A stretch of 64,000 nucleotides of DNA from Welwitschia mirabilis. Its lineage: Eukaryota. Shown here in pieces: positions 42,401-53,999 of this stretch (the stretch's first letter is position 1; every line of letters begins with the position of its first letter). The notes beneath the pieces were generated by a model that was not told the DNA's origin, ran no database searches, and saw only the letters and a list, made by a program, of their open reading frames with translations. The position numbers were made by a program, and so were the translations under genes. Where the stretch lies: NCBI GenBank assembly GCA_051453625.1, contig JBOZIK010000001.1, forward strand, positions 31,596,447-31,660,446. Reading direction: 5' to 3'.

Positions 42401-43030
42401 TTTATAAAGAAAACTTATGATTCTTTCTTTCTCAAAACTATATTATTGACATTTAAGAAGTAGATCTTTAAATATTTCTAAAGTGTAAGAGAAGGTTTCA
42501 CTATCCCTTTTTTGGAAGTTCATGATCTCTTGTTTAATGACATTGATCTTGTAACTAGGAAAATATTTTCTTATGAAATCTTAACTAAGTTTAGTTCAAT
42601 TAATTATATAAATAGGTTTTAAGGTATAAAGCCAAGATTTTCCCTTGTCTTTAGGAAAGAAAAGAAACAAAGTCAATTTAAGTGGATTAGAGGTATCAGA
42701 TCCTTGAGGGATTATAATAAAGTCACACTTAAAATCCTTAAATGTAAGTAATTATCCTCAGACTTTAAATAATAAAAATATGAAAGAAGTTAAATAATTA
42801 CTAATTTAAAGTCACTTATCTTAGCATTAGAAAGTTAAACAATGTAAGAGGATGTGCCTAAATATTATAGTTCTTTCAAAGTTCATCTAGGTTGATTGAA
42901 GTTGAAGTTACTTTTAGATTTATGAGATTGAGAACTTAATGAATTATTTTGGCTTTTTAAGGTTTTTATATTTCAATATTGATAGGGACTTGATGCAATA
43001 TACTATCAAATGTTCATTTCCAATTCATAA
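39500..43030 (-). pseudogene. Degenerate gag-protease of element E, interrupted by a solo LTR
   Basis: 'KLTLFLFFPKDKGKSWLYTLKP' (~42680-42615), 'NPYFNTYNLG*MNYPNFS' (~42000), 'YKDPGFHTIAITI', 'ALLDFGASN' (~41200), ORF 41117-40848 'VIVQVENCYFPMDF...KRPFLDT'. The reading resumes 'KQPHDL' beyond the solo LTR. Confidence 0.88.
39798..40868 (-). repeat. Solo LTR of the A/B family (1071 bp) with TSD
   Basis: The reverse complement is homologous to 19135-20220. Termini are tgttg/caaca and flanks are catgg (39793-39797) and cattg (40869-40873). Confidence 0.92.
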
Positions 43031-43879
43031 AACATAAGAAACAATTATAAAATATTAGGTTTTTGGATGCACATGGAATGTGAAAATATTCAAAATGATG
43101 TAAAAGTAAGATTCATCATAGATGAAGATATGTTAATGTAAAAATCTAATAAAATTAGTAAGAAAAGATAATGATATTCATAATTTGATGTAAAATAGAT
43201 TTAGTCAAAGATAGGACTATGGCTCTCAAGATTACTAACATTCTTGGATAATAGGTCATTATATAGCTAAGTGATAGAAAAATATTGAATGCAAATTTTG
43301 AGAAGGGCTAATGCAAAAACGAAATCTATAATGCAATGTAATACAAAAAGTGAAAATGTAGAAATGTATAACGTAAGTACTAAAGCACTTTTCTAAGGTT
43401 TTTATTGATGATTTTCTTCTTCAAAATTTTATTTAAGTAGCTAATGAAGAAGTCACTTGAGAGAGAGGAAGGAAGAGATAAGAGAAGAGATTGCAGAGAG
43501 AGAAGATGAATAAAAGAATTTTTTTCATTCTTTTTCTTGATTTTTTTCATTTAAACCTATAAATGATTATCTCTTATAATAAAATTTAAATTATATATAA
43601 TTTTGGAAAAAAATAAAATAATAGGAAAATAAAACAAAAACAAAAATAAAATAAAGAAAAATAAGAAAAAGAAGTCACTAGATCAAGCTTTATTGATTGA
43701 GTACTAGGCATGATCAATACTAATCCACTAGTAATAAAAAGAAAAAAGGATAAAAAGGGTACTAGAAAGAGACTAGTATAAAAGGGGAAAAAAAGAAAAA
43801 GAAAAAAAATAAGAGAACTAAAAAGGGGGATAAAAATGTGAATTTTTTGTGTGTCTCACTATAACTACCATGCCACTAG

Positions 43880-43896
43880 CCTTGATAATGACATCA
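43880..43896 (-). promoter_or_regulatory. PBS tRNA-Asp type (decayed) of element E
   Basis: Reverse complement tgatgtcattatcaagg vs tggcgccgttgccgggg. All 8 differences are C>T or G>A. Confidence 0.7.
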
Positions 43897-43900
43897 AAAA

Positions 43901-45786
43901 TCTATTCATGGTAAACTTTGACTATGCTTGTATCTATTATTAATATATAACAAATAACAAGATCACCCTAGGAATATAAATATTTCATGGTCACATCAAA
44001 ATTTTACTAATAGTACTTGGACTTTCATTTGTAGTATTGTCCTAATGTCATTCTTTCACAGAGATAAATAACATGAGCTATTAATAAAGCAAGCATAATA
44101 ATAATGAGCATAAGATATTGAAACTGTATAAGAGAACTTGAAATGAGATATAGCATTTAATCTAGCATAATAAATTCATGGAAAAGCATAAGTATTAAAG
44201 TAAATTCATCTAGATTTTACTCTAATTGAATCATAGTAGTACAATCTCATCCATCATATAAATTAAACCTATGCAGTTCTAGCTCAAGCACAGTGGCATA
44301 ATCTCATTCACCATAGATATGAAGGTGATGTTTCTAAGACACCTCACCTTTATAAAAAGGATAACATAAGTATGGAAAGTATGGGTCCCCTAACATCCAT
44401 CAAATAAATATTTAGATTATGTAAGTTATAATGAAAAGAAGAATAAAATAAAATCATGTCTCAATTAATCTTAAGCATAACAAGTATGAAACAATCATAA
44501 CTTGATATCAAAGTACTATACCACGAACATGTAACACTTTATTATCAGAAAAGTAAAAGTATATAATTAATAAAAGCACTCATGCTGAACCANNNNNNNN
44601 NNNNNNNNNNNNNNNNNNNNNNNNNNNNNNNNNNNNNNNNNNNNNNNNNNNNNNNNNNNNNNNNNNNNNNNNNNNNNNNNNNNNNNNNNNNNNNNNNNNN
44701 NNNNNNNNNNNNNNNNNNNNNNNNNNNNNNNNNNNNNNNNNNNNNNNNNNNNNNNNNNNNNNNNNNNNNNNNNNNNNNNNNNNNNNNNNNNNNNNNNNNN
44801 NNNNNNNNNNNNNNNNNNNNNNNNNNNNNNNNNNNNNNNNNNNNNNNNNNNNNNNNNNNNNNNNNNNNNNNNNNNNNNNNNNNNNNNNNNNNNNNNNNNN
44901 NNNNNNNNNNNNNNNNNNNNNNNNNNNNNNNNNNNNNNNNNNNNNNNNNNNNNNNNNNNNNNNNNNNNNNNNNNNNNNNNNNNNNNNNNNNNNNNNNNNN
45001 NNNNNNNNNNNNNNNNNNNNNNNNNNNNNNNNNNNNNNNNNNNNNNNNNNNNNNNNNNNNNNNNNNNNNNNNNNNNNNNNNNNNNNNNNNNNNNNNNNNN
45101 NNNNNNNNNNNNNNNNNNNNNNNNNNNNNNNNNNNNNNNNNNNNNNNNNNNNNNNNNNNNNNNNNNNNNNNNNNAAGTAAAAGTATATAATTAATAAAAG
45201 CACTCATGCTGAACCAAGAAGCATCATGCTGGCTTAATAGCTACCCTATTTCTATGGGCAGCTTAGAAATATCTCTTATGAAATATGTCTGATGTTATCA
45301 TCAAGTGAAGTAAAGTAGGATATTTATAGGTCTAAATTAGGATTTCTAATTAGGGTTTCTAAGGCAGACATTCTTTAAAATTCCAAAAGTATATGAGATC
45401 ATCCTTTAATTATAGGGTTAACTTACAGGATTTTCATTAAAAATATTAATCATTCATGTTCTACCTTTAGAAATGACCAGAATGAATTAATTACATTGAG
45501 AAACCTCAAGAACATACATATGAACCCATTTTACTCATAGCAGCTAGCGTTACTACTCCTAGATTGACATTACCGATAATAATACTTGGCACTTCCCCAT
45601 CTTCTATCGTAATGCTTTAAATAATACAGATATTTTATAAAATAATAGTATTAAGATAGATTATTAGTTAAAATATATTTTCATAACATTACACATAATA
45701 AATACATAAAATGATTTAAAAACTAATTAAGCATGCTAACAAGGCCTAAACTCCTTGATGTAAATGTCAAATTTTGCATGTCATTA
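43901..45786 (-). repeat. 5' LTR of element E (contains a gap; boundaries approximate)
   Basis: Adjacent to the PBS, with distal end taatgacatgc (decayed tgatg...). No second copy is present in the window to confirm it. Confidence 0.55.
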
Positions 45787-46079
45787 ATAATATTTATTTA
45801 GAGACAAAGAGAAAAAGTTCTTTTTTTATGAAACTAATTAAAAATTAAGAAAAAAATAAATAAAACCAATCTTTAATAGAACCTAGTTGGATCTAGGCTT
45901 TGCAAAACTACTAATGAAAATAAGTGAATGAGGAATAAGTTAAAAACATAAATCTCAATATTTTAATTTATACATGAATATATATAAACAAGATTCAAGA
46001 AGAGATACTATATGTATTTAAAACATGTATATGAATTGTACCTATTTTTTGATTATGAATTTACATTTATAAAAATTGA

Positions 46080-47400
46080 TTAAGATTATTCTAATAGTCT
46101 TCCACCTTAAGGAAGTCTTAACTACAATTGAAACCATTATTCATATAGTCTTTTAACTCTTTTATGTATAAGAATTTTATCTTTGATTTCTAAACTTTTA
46201 ACAAGTTTTATTGTAATTTGGTTTATAAAAAATATTTATTTCAAATATATTTTAAACAACTTAAATCCCATTTACATTGCAGTATGAATGATAGCCTAGT
46301 ACATATCCATATGTGTTACAATTAAAAAATCCTAATTATGTCGATATAATATACTTAAGAATATCATTCTTCTATACTATTTTATTTATCTTTTAGTTAT
46401 AGTTGATTATCTTCCTTCATAATTAAATTTTATTTGAAGCCTAATATATTAATTCCCATAGATTTCTCTTCATCATTACTTCATATCCTTTGATGATCAT
46501 AGCTTTTACTGATGAGTTACTATTTCCTCATTAATATTAATTAGCATAAAACAATAAATCTTATTGACATAAAACAAAAGTATGTACTATCTTTGGATCA
46601 TATATTTCTCAATATTATATTAGTTCTATAGGATTAATGCATTATGTTTTCCTATATATTAGGATTAACTTGGACTTTAAATAAATATTTATGTAGCTAT
46701 ATATTTCCTTTTAATTCATGATTTATTTATTTCATCATTTTATTTTAACATGATGCACAAGGAATGTTGATAGATGTTAATTCCTTTTTTTATATAATTT
46801 TCTAGAATTTTTGTAATATTTATTTTTATTCATTAGTAAAGTTCTTAGCTTTATATAAATCCTACAAGGTTTCATATCCTCTCTAATAACTCATGATTAA
46901 GTCTAACATGTTAAAAGTCTTCAAAATGTTTTTAGATTATGCATATATGTAACCAAATCTTAATACATTATCTCCTTTATTGGAAAATGAAAATTACTTC
47001 CTCTTAATATGATAATTCTCTATCATTTAAGTACTTCAAATAACCGTTAAATAACATATGCAACAGTATTACCCTCTTTGATAGTATTTACTTTCTTCTC
47101 TATTACTATCATCATGACATCAAACAATTTTCATTCTAATGTGCTTAAGAATAATAGATTCTATTTCAGCTTAAGATTATATATAACATTTCTCTATGTA
47201 ATCTAGATAATTAACCTAAAGATAATCCAAAAGTTCCCTAATATTCATAGATAATCATCAATTCTTATTTTCAATTTTGATTATGCTATAGTGCCTCTAA
47301 TTTCACTTATACAATAGATTGCTTATAAAATTTATATGTTAAATTATCTTTGTATTTATTATCTAATAGGCCATGGTAGTACCATAACTAAATATAAATA
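46080..47400 (-). mobile_element. Possible highly decayed hAT transposase remnant
   Basis: Minus-strand scraps in the expected order: 'IYDPK' (cf. ILDPR), 'KELKDYM' (cf. ELDRYL), 'VSIVVKTS..GGRLLE' (cf. VSTVASESAFSTGGRIL). Weak and frameshifted, with no TIRs found. Confidence 0.3.
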
Positions 47401-47819
47401 ATTAAATATATATCATTAATATCCTATTAGAATAAATAAAATACTTAATTAATTTTAATTCATTTCCTTTAACAAAGGTAATCAAATATGTGATTCTTTT
47501 TTTACCATTAAAAGAATGATGTCAAATATTAGTTCTATAACCTAATATATCTAGCCTCTCTTTTGAATTTTCTTATTTTTTATTTTACACTTTAAGATAT
47601 AAAATCCTTTATATAATATATCTTATAAATTCTTAATCTTTTTTAATTATTTAAAAACCATTTTATTGGTTTTACTTCTTTAATTATCTCCTTTATCCTA
47701 ATTAGTACTATTGTGTTTACTATCATAATTTTCTTTGTAACTTTATTTTTTACTATTTCTATTAATATTTTATCTTTTTTAAAATTATATAACATAATAT
47801 TTAATTGACAAATATCTAC

Positions 47820-48671
47820 TCAGGTTTGTATGCACACCATGGTCATTTACCTAAGGATACATGAAAACCCTAGAAAAAACCTAATAGTTTGCTTTCCTTT
47901 ATAAGCAAGCTCTTTAACGTAATAAGGAAAGAAGGAGAAATAAAATTTTAGTTTGTAAAATATTGTTTTTACTCTTTTTTTTCCTAGAAAATGGTATCAA
48001 GGCATCCAAGCTAGGGTTTCTGAGGCTCTTGGAGTTTCTTAATCATTGTTGGCTTCGTTAAGCTTCTTATGACCTCCATTTTTTTTGTTCATAATCTTGG
48101 GGAAGCTCCTATTCTAAATATTCTTGAGCTTCTTAGTAACTTATTAAGCACATGTGCTTATTGTTATCCCTTGCATGCTTTGCATGCTTTTTTTTTCTTA
48201 GGGGTTTACTTAGATCTAGGATCTTACCTTAGATATACAATTTTCTTCTAGTTTTTGAAGGGTTCTCCTGTTTTTTCTTCAAGTTTCTTGATTATAAGTT
48301 TGGTTGAGATTTTTTGGCATGCAGTGTACTTACATTTCATTTACAAGTTTTACAATATTCTTGAGTATTATAAGACATGCATCATTATCTTATAGTATGC
48401 TTGACTATTATAGAAAATATTTTACATATATTTTATTTCTTATGTTCTACTTGTGCTTCTACAAAAACAATGATAATAGAAAATACTAGTGCTTAATGAT
48501 TGTATTACTCAATATGTGGCTAGTGGAGAAGTTTTTAAGCCTACTTAATATATTTTACATTGCTAACATATCTTCTTAGTGAATTTTAGTTGATAAGTTG
48601 ACCTGTGCTTGATTGAGAATACAATGCTAGTTAACTACTCTACTACTAATTATGGCACATGCTTTATCTAC
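47820..48671 (+). mobile_element. Fragment of an LTR element with a tRNA-iMet-type PBS
   Basis: tggtatcaaggc at 47992-48003 (consensus tggtatcagagc) follows an LTR-like stretch with aaccctag and precedes a non-coding leader. It is cut by element F. Confidence 0.45.
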
Positions 48672-49624
48672 TGACAAGCCTTTAATTTAACTTGAAATTC
48701 TACAAAATACTAACTAATTTCAACAAAATACTTAATAAAAATAAAGTTATATTACAAAAGTATTGGAAAGAAAATAAAAACTATATCATCACAAACAGAT
48801 TTTAATCTTTACTAATTTTTATATGGAGTTTAATTTTTCATGTTTTTTACTCAAATAAATACTTTTTTTATTGAATTAAAATAGATTCTTTATTAATGGT
48901 TTTTCCTAGTAAAATTATGTTTTGATAATTACCCTACTATGAATAATATTTATAGAAAGTGGGAAATGAAAATAATCAAGACAAAGAAAACATGACTAGA
49001 TTATGTGTATCACTTATTTCTAACTAATACAGTATATCAATATTAAATCTAGCTAATATTAATACTAAGAGCAATAAAATAATAGTTGATAACTTTTTTA
49101 AATTAACTACACAACAATATAAGATTATTTTAAAAATACAAACTTATATTACTATCTAGAAAATACAATAGTAAGTAATTTCCTATGTTTCCACAATAGG
49201 TATAGCAGCTAGGAAGTTACTTTATAATTCTTTTACCATAATCTTCTTTACCTCAGATGCACTTTCTAGCTTTGATCCTCCTATCTCCTCTACACTAGAT
49301 ATTTATAGGTATAGCCTAAGTAACTTGATATTTCCTTTTTGTACCATCTATTCCCATCTCTCTAATGGTTCTCTTAGATTAATGGGTCTTTATTTCTTTT
49401 ATGTCTTCTAGCTAATTATTATAACCATTTCTTTTTGTTTTAACAAGGCTCTTACTATTCTTGTATTGGAATAATTATCCTATAAAACTAGGTTAGCTAT
49501 ATGCAATAATAATATATTATAACAATTTTATGTAATTCATCATAGCATATTACTAAACAACTATCATATCATTCATTTTAGTAAGAAAAGAGAGTAAAAA
49601 TGTACATGGATTTTTGATTTATTA
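48672..49624 (-). repeat. 3' LTR of element F (~953 bp)
   Basis: 48672-49203 aligns with 63479-64000 (both start tgacaagcctttaatttaa). The distal end is bounded by the PPT (reverse complement tatgggggaaac). Confidence 0.85.
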
Positions 49625-50199
49625 GTTTCCCCCATACATAAACATTTGTTAGTCCTCTAATAATTTACATTATTTATTTTGTTATTTCATTTTATTTTTT
49701 ACTAATTCTAATTCCTTCTCAAGCTATGACCTTTTCATTTCTTTTAAATGTTTCATTGATTAAATTTATTCTTTTAAAAGGATCAGATCCTCTAAATTTA
49801 TATTTTCTTGTTTAGATGGAGCTATTATGGGTATTTTCCTTTTATATTATTTTTTATTTTTAATATCTAGAACTTTATTTAATTACATAAGCTAGGAAGG
49901 AGGAGGCTTTTCAGATTCATTCACTATAGAGGAACTCCCAACCAAAACAATACAAACTCCCTCTCCTCTCTCCATCTTAGAGAAAATGTCTATAAAAAGT
50001 TCCTCCAATAATTCATATACATTCTAAAAGTTGATTTATTTAGTCTTTTAAATGCAGTAAATCATACTCAGTAACTATAAAAAGACAAATGTCTTTTTTG
50101 AAACCCTCATAGACATGGAGGAGCTTGTTTGATGCTCTCTAATGTTGTCCATTTAGTGAGTAATTTTAGCATTATTTATTTCATCTAGGGATTGGTTAG

Positions 50200-52740
50200 A
50201 TACATTAGTGATTCTCTCCCATCCTTATTCTATCTTCTATATAATCTCATTGATAATTTTTTCATGATTATTAAAGTAATCATATAGTTTTTAAGGATAG
50301 AAATGCATATTTCTTGGTACCTATAGTTCCTCATTTCCAAATCCTATTCTTTTTTCCAATTGAATTTTTAAAAGTTTACTTTCATATAGCAACATTCTAT
50401 TTTTCTCTTTAAGTTTGTCAAATAAGTTTGAATGGCTAGGATGGATGAGGAAAACTAAGATTTAATGCCCAATAGCTTTTGCAACCACTAGAGCTATTTA
50501 ATGTGAAGCGTTTGCATAATTATTTTTGTAATTTGAGAAAATTCATTTTGGAATATTTTTATCAAACTTTGATTAAGTAAAGAATAATCAATTCGTGAAA
50601 ATGTTTTGGAGTTGATTCTAATTTTTCTTAAAGGAATTCAATATTTCTTTCTTGCATTTCAATTTTCTCTTACTTGATCTGTAACTGTTCTAGATACTCT
50701 ACCCATTTTTGTTTATATCTGTTATTTTCTTCTTGAATTTTCATATATTTTTCATGAATTCCCCTTAAATCGATATAATTTTCTCTAAATATTCCTTTTT
50801 AAATGGAAGGGATGAGTTGTTATGCATGAATGTAATAAATTCTTACTATTTTTCAATGTATTTAGCATCATAATGCTTAGCCTGAGCCATATTCTTTAAT
50901 ATTTCTAAGAAAAAATATTCATTGTTGGTGGANNNNNNNNNNNNNNNNNNNNNNNNNNNNNNNNNNNNNNNNNNNNNNNNNNNNNNNNNNNNNNNNNNNN
51001 NNNNNNNNNNNNNNNNNNNNNNNNNNNNNNNNNNNNNNNNNNNNNNNNNNNNNNNNNNNNNNNNNNNNNNNNNNNNNNNNNNNNNNNNNNNNNNNNNNNN
51101 NNNNNNNNNNNNNNNNNNNNNNNNNNNNNNNNNNNNNNNNNNNNNNNNNNNNNNNNNNNNNNNNNNNNNNNNNNNNNNNNNNNNNNNNNNNNNNNNNNNN
51201 NNNNNNNNNNNNNNNNNNNNNNNNNNNNNNNNNNNNNNNNNNNNNNNNNNNNNNNNNNNNNNNNNNNNNNNNNNNNNNNNNNNNNNNNNNNNNNNNNNNN
51301 NNTATAATTTTCTCTGAATATTCCTTTTTAAATGGAAGGGATGTGTTGTTATGCATGAATGTAATAAATTCTTACTATTTTTTAATATATTTAGCATCAT
51401 AATGCTTAGCTTGAGCCATATTCTTTAATATTTCTTGGAAAAAATATTCATTGTTGGTGGAGGGGAGCTATAGGTTCTTCCTTTTCTCTCTAAGTTCTTG
51501 CTCTAACTCTTTGATTTGAGCCTAGGCATTATGTAGAGAGGACTCATTTACCCTTTGGGAGTTAAAATGAAAGACTAATTTCTCTTCTAATAACTGCTTC
51601 TCCTTCTTAGCTTTATTATATGCCCCCTACTAAAATGAAACCTTATCTTTCCAAAATTCATTTTCAAGTATTAAAAATTTAATTATTTTCTTAATACTAA
51701 AGTTTTCTTCTTAGAGCTAAATTTTCTCTAGTAGGAAGGCTATTAAAGAATTTATTATAACACCTAAGGAATCCATCTTATCATCTTTAAGTAACTTAGT
51801 AAAGGATTTGCTCTTTTTTTTAGAGCCCCAGTTGCTATAAAGTGAACAAATCTATTTGTTTTCTTAAGGGTTTTAAGGATTATGTCTATATTTGAATCAT
51901 TAGTTAACTAGTTGAAGGTGTTTTTTTAATGCCTAGAATAGTGAAAGATGCCAAAATAGTAACATCAAACAATGATGCAATAGAGAGCTTCACACTATTC
52001 CTATTCCTAGGAAAGAAATATAAAACATTCTTATACAAAAGAATTATTGTAATTAATGATGAAAATCCTAGTCCAACCTTCACAAGTCTTATAATACTCC
52101 TAATTATAGAAACTAAATTGTAGAAGTATTGAAAAATACATTCTCTAATGTCAATATTTTTACTGAAAGGATATCTGATAGCATCTTAAAGTATGCTCCT
52201 AGTATATTCATTTCCTTCTGCTTATTAATTATAAGGGACAAGTTTGATGACACAACTCTCAAAATAATGAATGCTTCAGAATCGCTTACCTTATCACTGT
52301 ATACTTAATCATCTTTATTTGTAATGCTATGATAGTGTTTTAGACATAGAACAATGTCTTCATTTTTTTGTATTTCTATCAATAGTCTTCCGCTGGATGG
52401 TAACCTAAGAATAATTTTTAATTCATCCAATAAAATTTGAAGTGGTATGTTATTAACTATTGAATATAAAATTAATGAATATTTTGAAAATAACATCTTT
52501 TTACAAAAAGAGTAAACTTGCTCATTACTATATTTCTCAGAAAAAGTTAACCTGTTTCACCAATTAAGTTTAATAACTCGTTGTCTGAGATTGGTAAAAC
52601 TAGGGTCACTAAGAAGTTTTTTAAATTTGGCACTTAGTATGACTTTAAATTTTGTAAAAAACATTTAAGGTTTAGCTTTAGAGTTTAATTTATTTCTTGT
52701 ATGAAATGCTTATGTAAGAATTTTTATTAAAATCCAAGTA
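50200..52740 (-). pseudogene. env-like extra ORF of element F
   Basis: 'KLNW..LTFSEKYSNEQVYSFCKKM..YSIVNNIPLQILLDELKIILRLPSSG', 'NIDIRECIFQY', 'GLGFSSLITIIL', then the coiled-coil 'AQIKELEQELREK'. It is in sense orientation between pol and the PPT. Confidence 0.7.
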
Positions 52741-53119
52741 CTCACCAATCTTTTATTAAGGAAAAAATAGGATGCCTTAGAAATGAAAGAATATAATCAC
52801 TTAAAATAAAATTCTACTTTAAAATGTATAATATGACATAATGAAATAGAACTTTAATTGTAAAATAGATTATGGAATAGGTCTCCATAATGATTTTTGA
52901 ATGTAAATAGAATTATTAGAAAACAACAAGAAGAATCATGTGGTAAAAACAAACTTCAAATAAATAATTTACCTATCCTAATGTTTCTTTTATAGAATTT
53001 CCAAGCTTAAGGTTGATGTGTAAGAGTTTAATTTATTGTATTCTTTGTTAAAGAGGTATTCAAAGCTATTAAAGAGGCCTTTGTTAAAACATTTTATAGA
53101 AAAGTATTTTTGTCTTTTC

Positions 53120-53870
53120 CTTTGGTAGAGCTAAAAGGATCCTTTAAGTAGTAATTCCTTCCTCAAAGGGGATCATTACTCAAAGAAATCATTTAAATAA
53201 GAAATAATACTTGAAAGAATTTATTAAACAAAGAGTAAGCTCAAAAAAGGGTCTTTGAGTAGCAAATTTTAGTTGAAGGAGTTCCTTTAAGGTTCCTTGA
53301 AGAGATTTCTATGCTTTTAATCCTTCCCAAACTCCCATTTATCATTATTAAAATTAAAGAAAAACACCTTCCTCCGAAGAATGGGTCTAATTTGAAATCA
53401 ACATACATCACCTCAAGCAAGTAGTTGTTCATAGGGTATCCTCAAGGACTTTGAAGAAGGTATAAGAAATAAGCAATAAATCAGGAGAAAGAAAATTCTA
53501 AACTTATTTCCTTGTTTTTCCCACTTATATTTTGGCCGAGCTCAAATGGAATATTTAAGCAACAAAGGTTACTTAAAGGAGGTCTTCGAGTTCCTACTCA
53601 AATCATAAAGGGAATAGCAAAGAAAGAACAAAATAATCTATTTTTGAAGACACAATTAAAGGGGGTTAGTCATCTATCAAAGGGTTCTTTAATAGGTAAC
53701 ATATACCTTACAGCACATCATGAAAGATAGATTCTTAACCTTTTCCAATAATTCAAAAGAGGTTTTTGGGTAATGAAGGTTACTTAAACAGGGTTCTTCA
53801 AATTGAAAAAGCTAGCTATAGGATCTTCAAGAAATAAGGAGTTACTTAAAGGGGTCCTTTAAAACAACAA
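53120..53870. repeat. Dispersed array of ~20-bp imperfect palindromes (inferred consensus ~ACTCGAAGG-GGT-CCTTCGAGT)
   Basis: Copies at 53131, 53239, 53272, 53571, 53781 and 53843, among others. Confidence 0.65.
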
Positions 53871-53999
53871 ATCTAGCTGTGAATAAGAGATATAAGATTT
53901 TTGTAATTGTAATTTTCAGTTAAGTTAGAAGAAAAAAAGTTTGATCTAGGATTTTTTGGATGAAACTAATTTTTTCTAACAGCTAAAAAAATCAGTAGA

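Larger units (their letters stand above)
37801..45786 (-). mobile_element. Element E: minus-strand Athila-type element of a different family (LTR, tRNA-Asp PBS, gag-protease, no RT seen)
   Basis: LTR ~45786-43901, PBS 43896-43880, gag-PR ~43030-39500, then non-coding sequence to 37801. Confidence 0.75.

Noticed and set aside
45338..48020. Scattered tagggttt/aaccctag telomere-like motifs
   Set aside because: These are isolated single copies common in plant LTRs and do not form a telomeric array.
52560..52900. L1 ORF1-like scraps on the plus strand
   Set aside because: The minus strand reads more convincingly as the start of the F env-like ORF and its upstream spacer.
53120..53870. CRISPR-like array
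   Set aside because: The repeats are degenerate and irregularly spaced, there are no cas genes, and the context is a eukaryotic retroelement.
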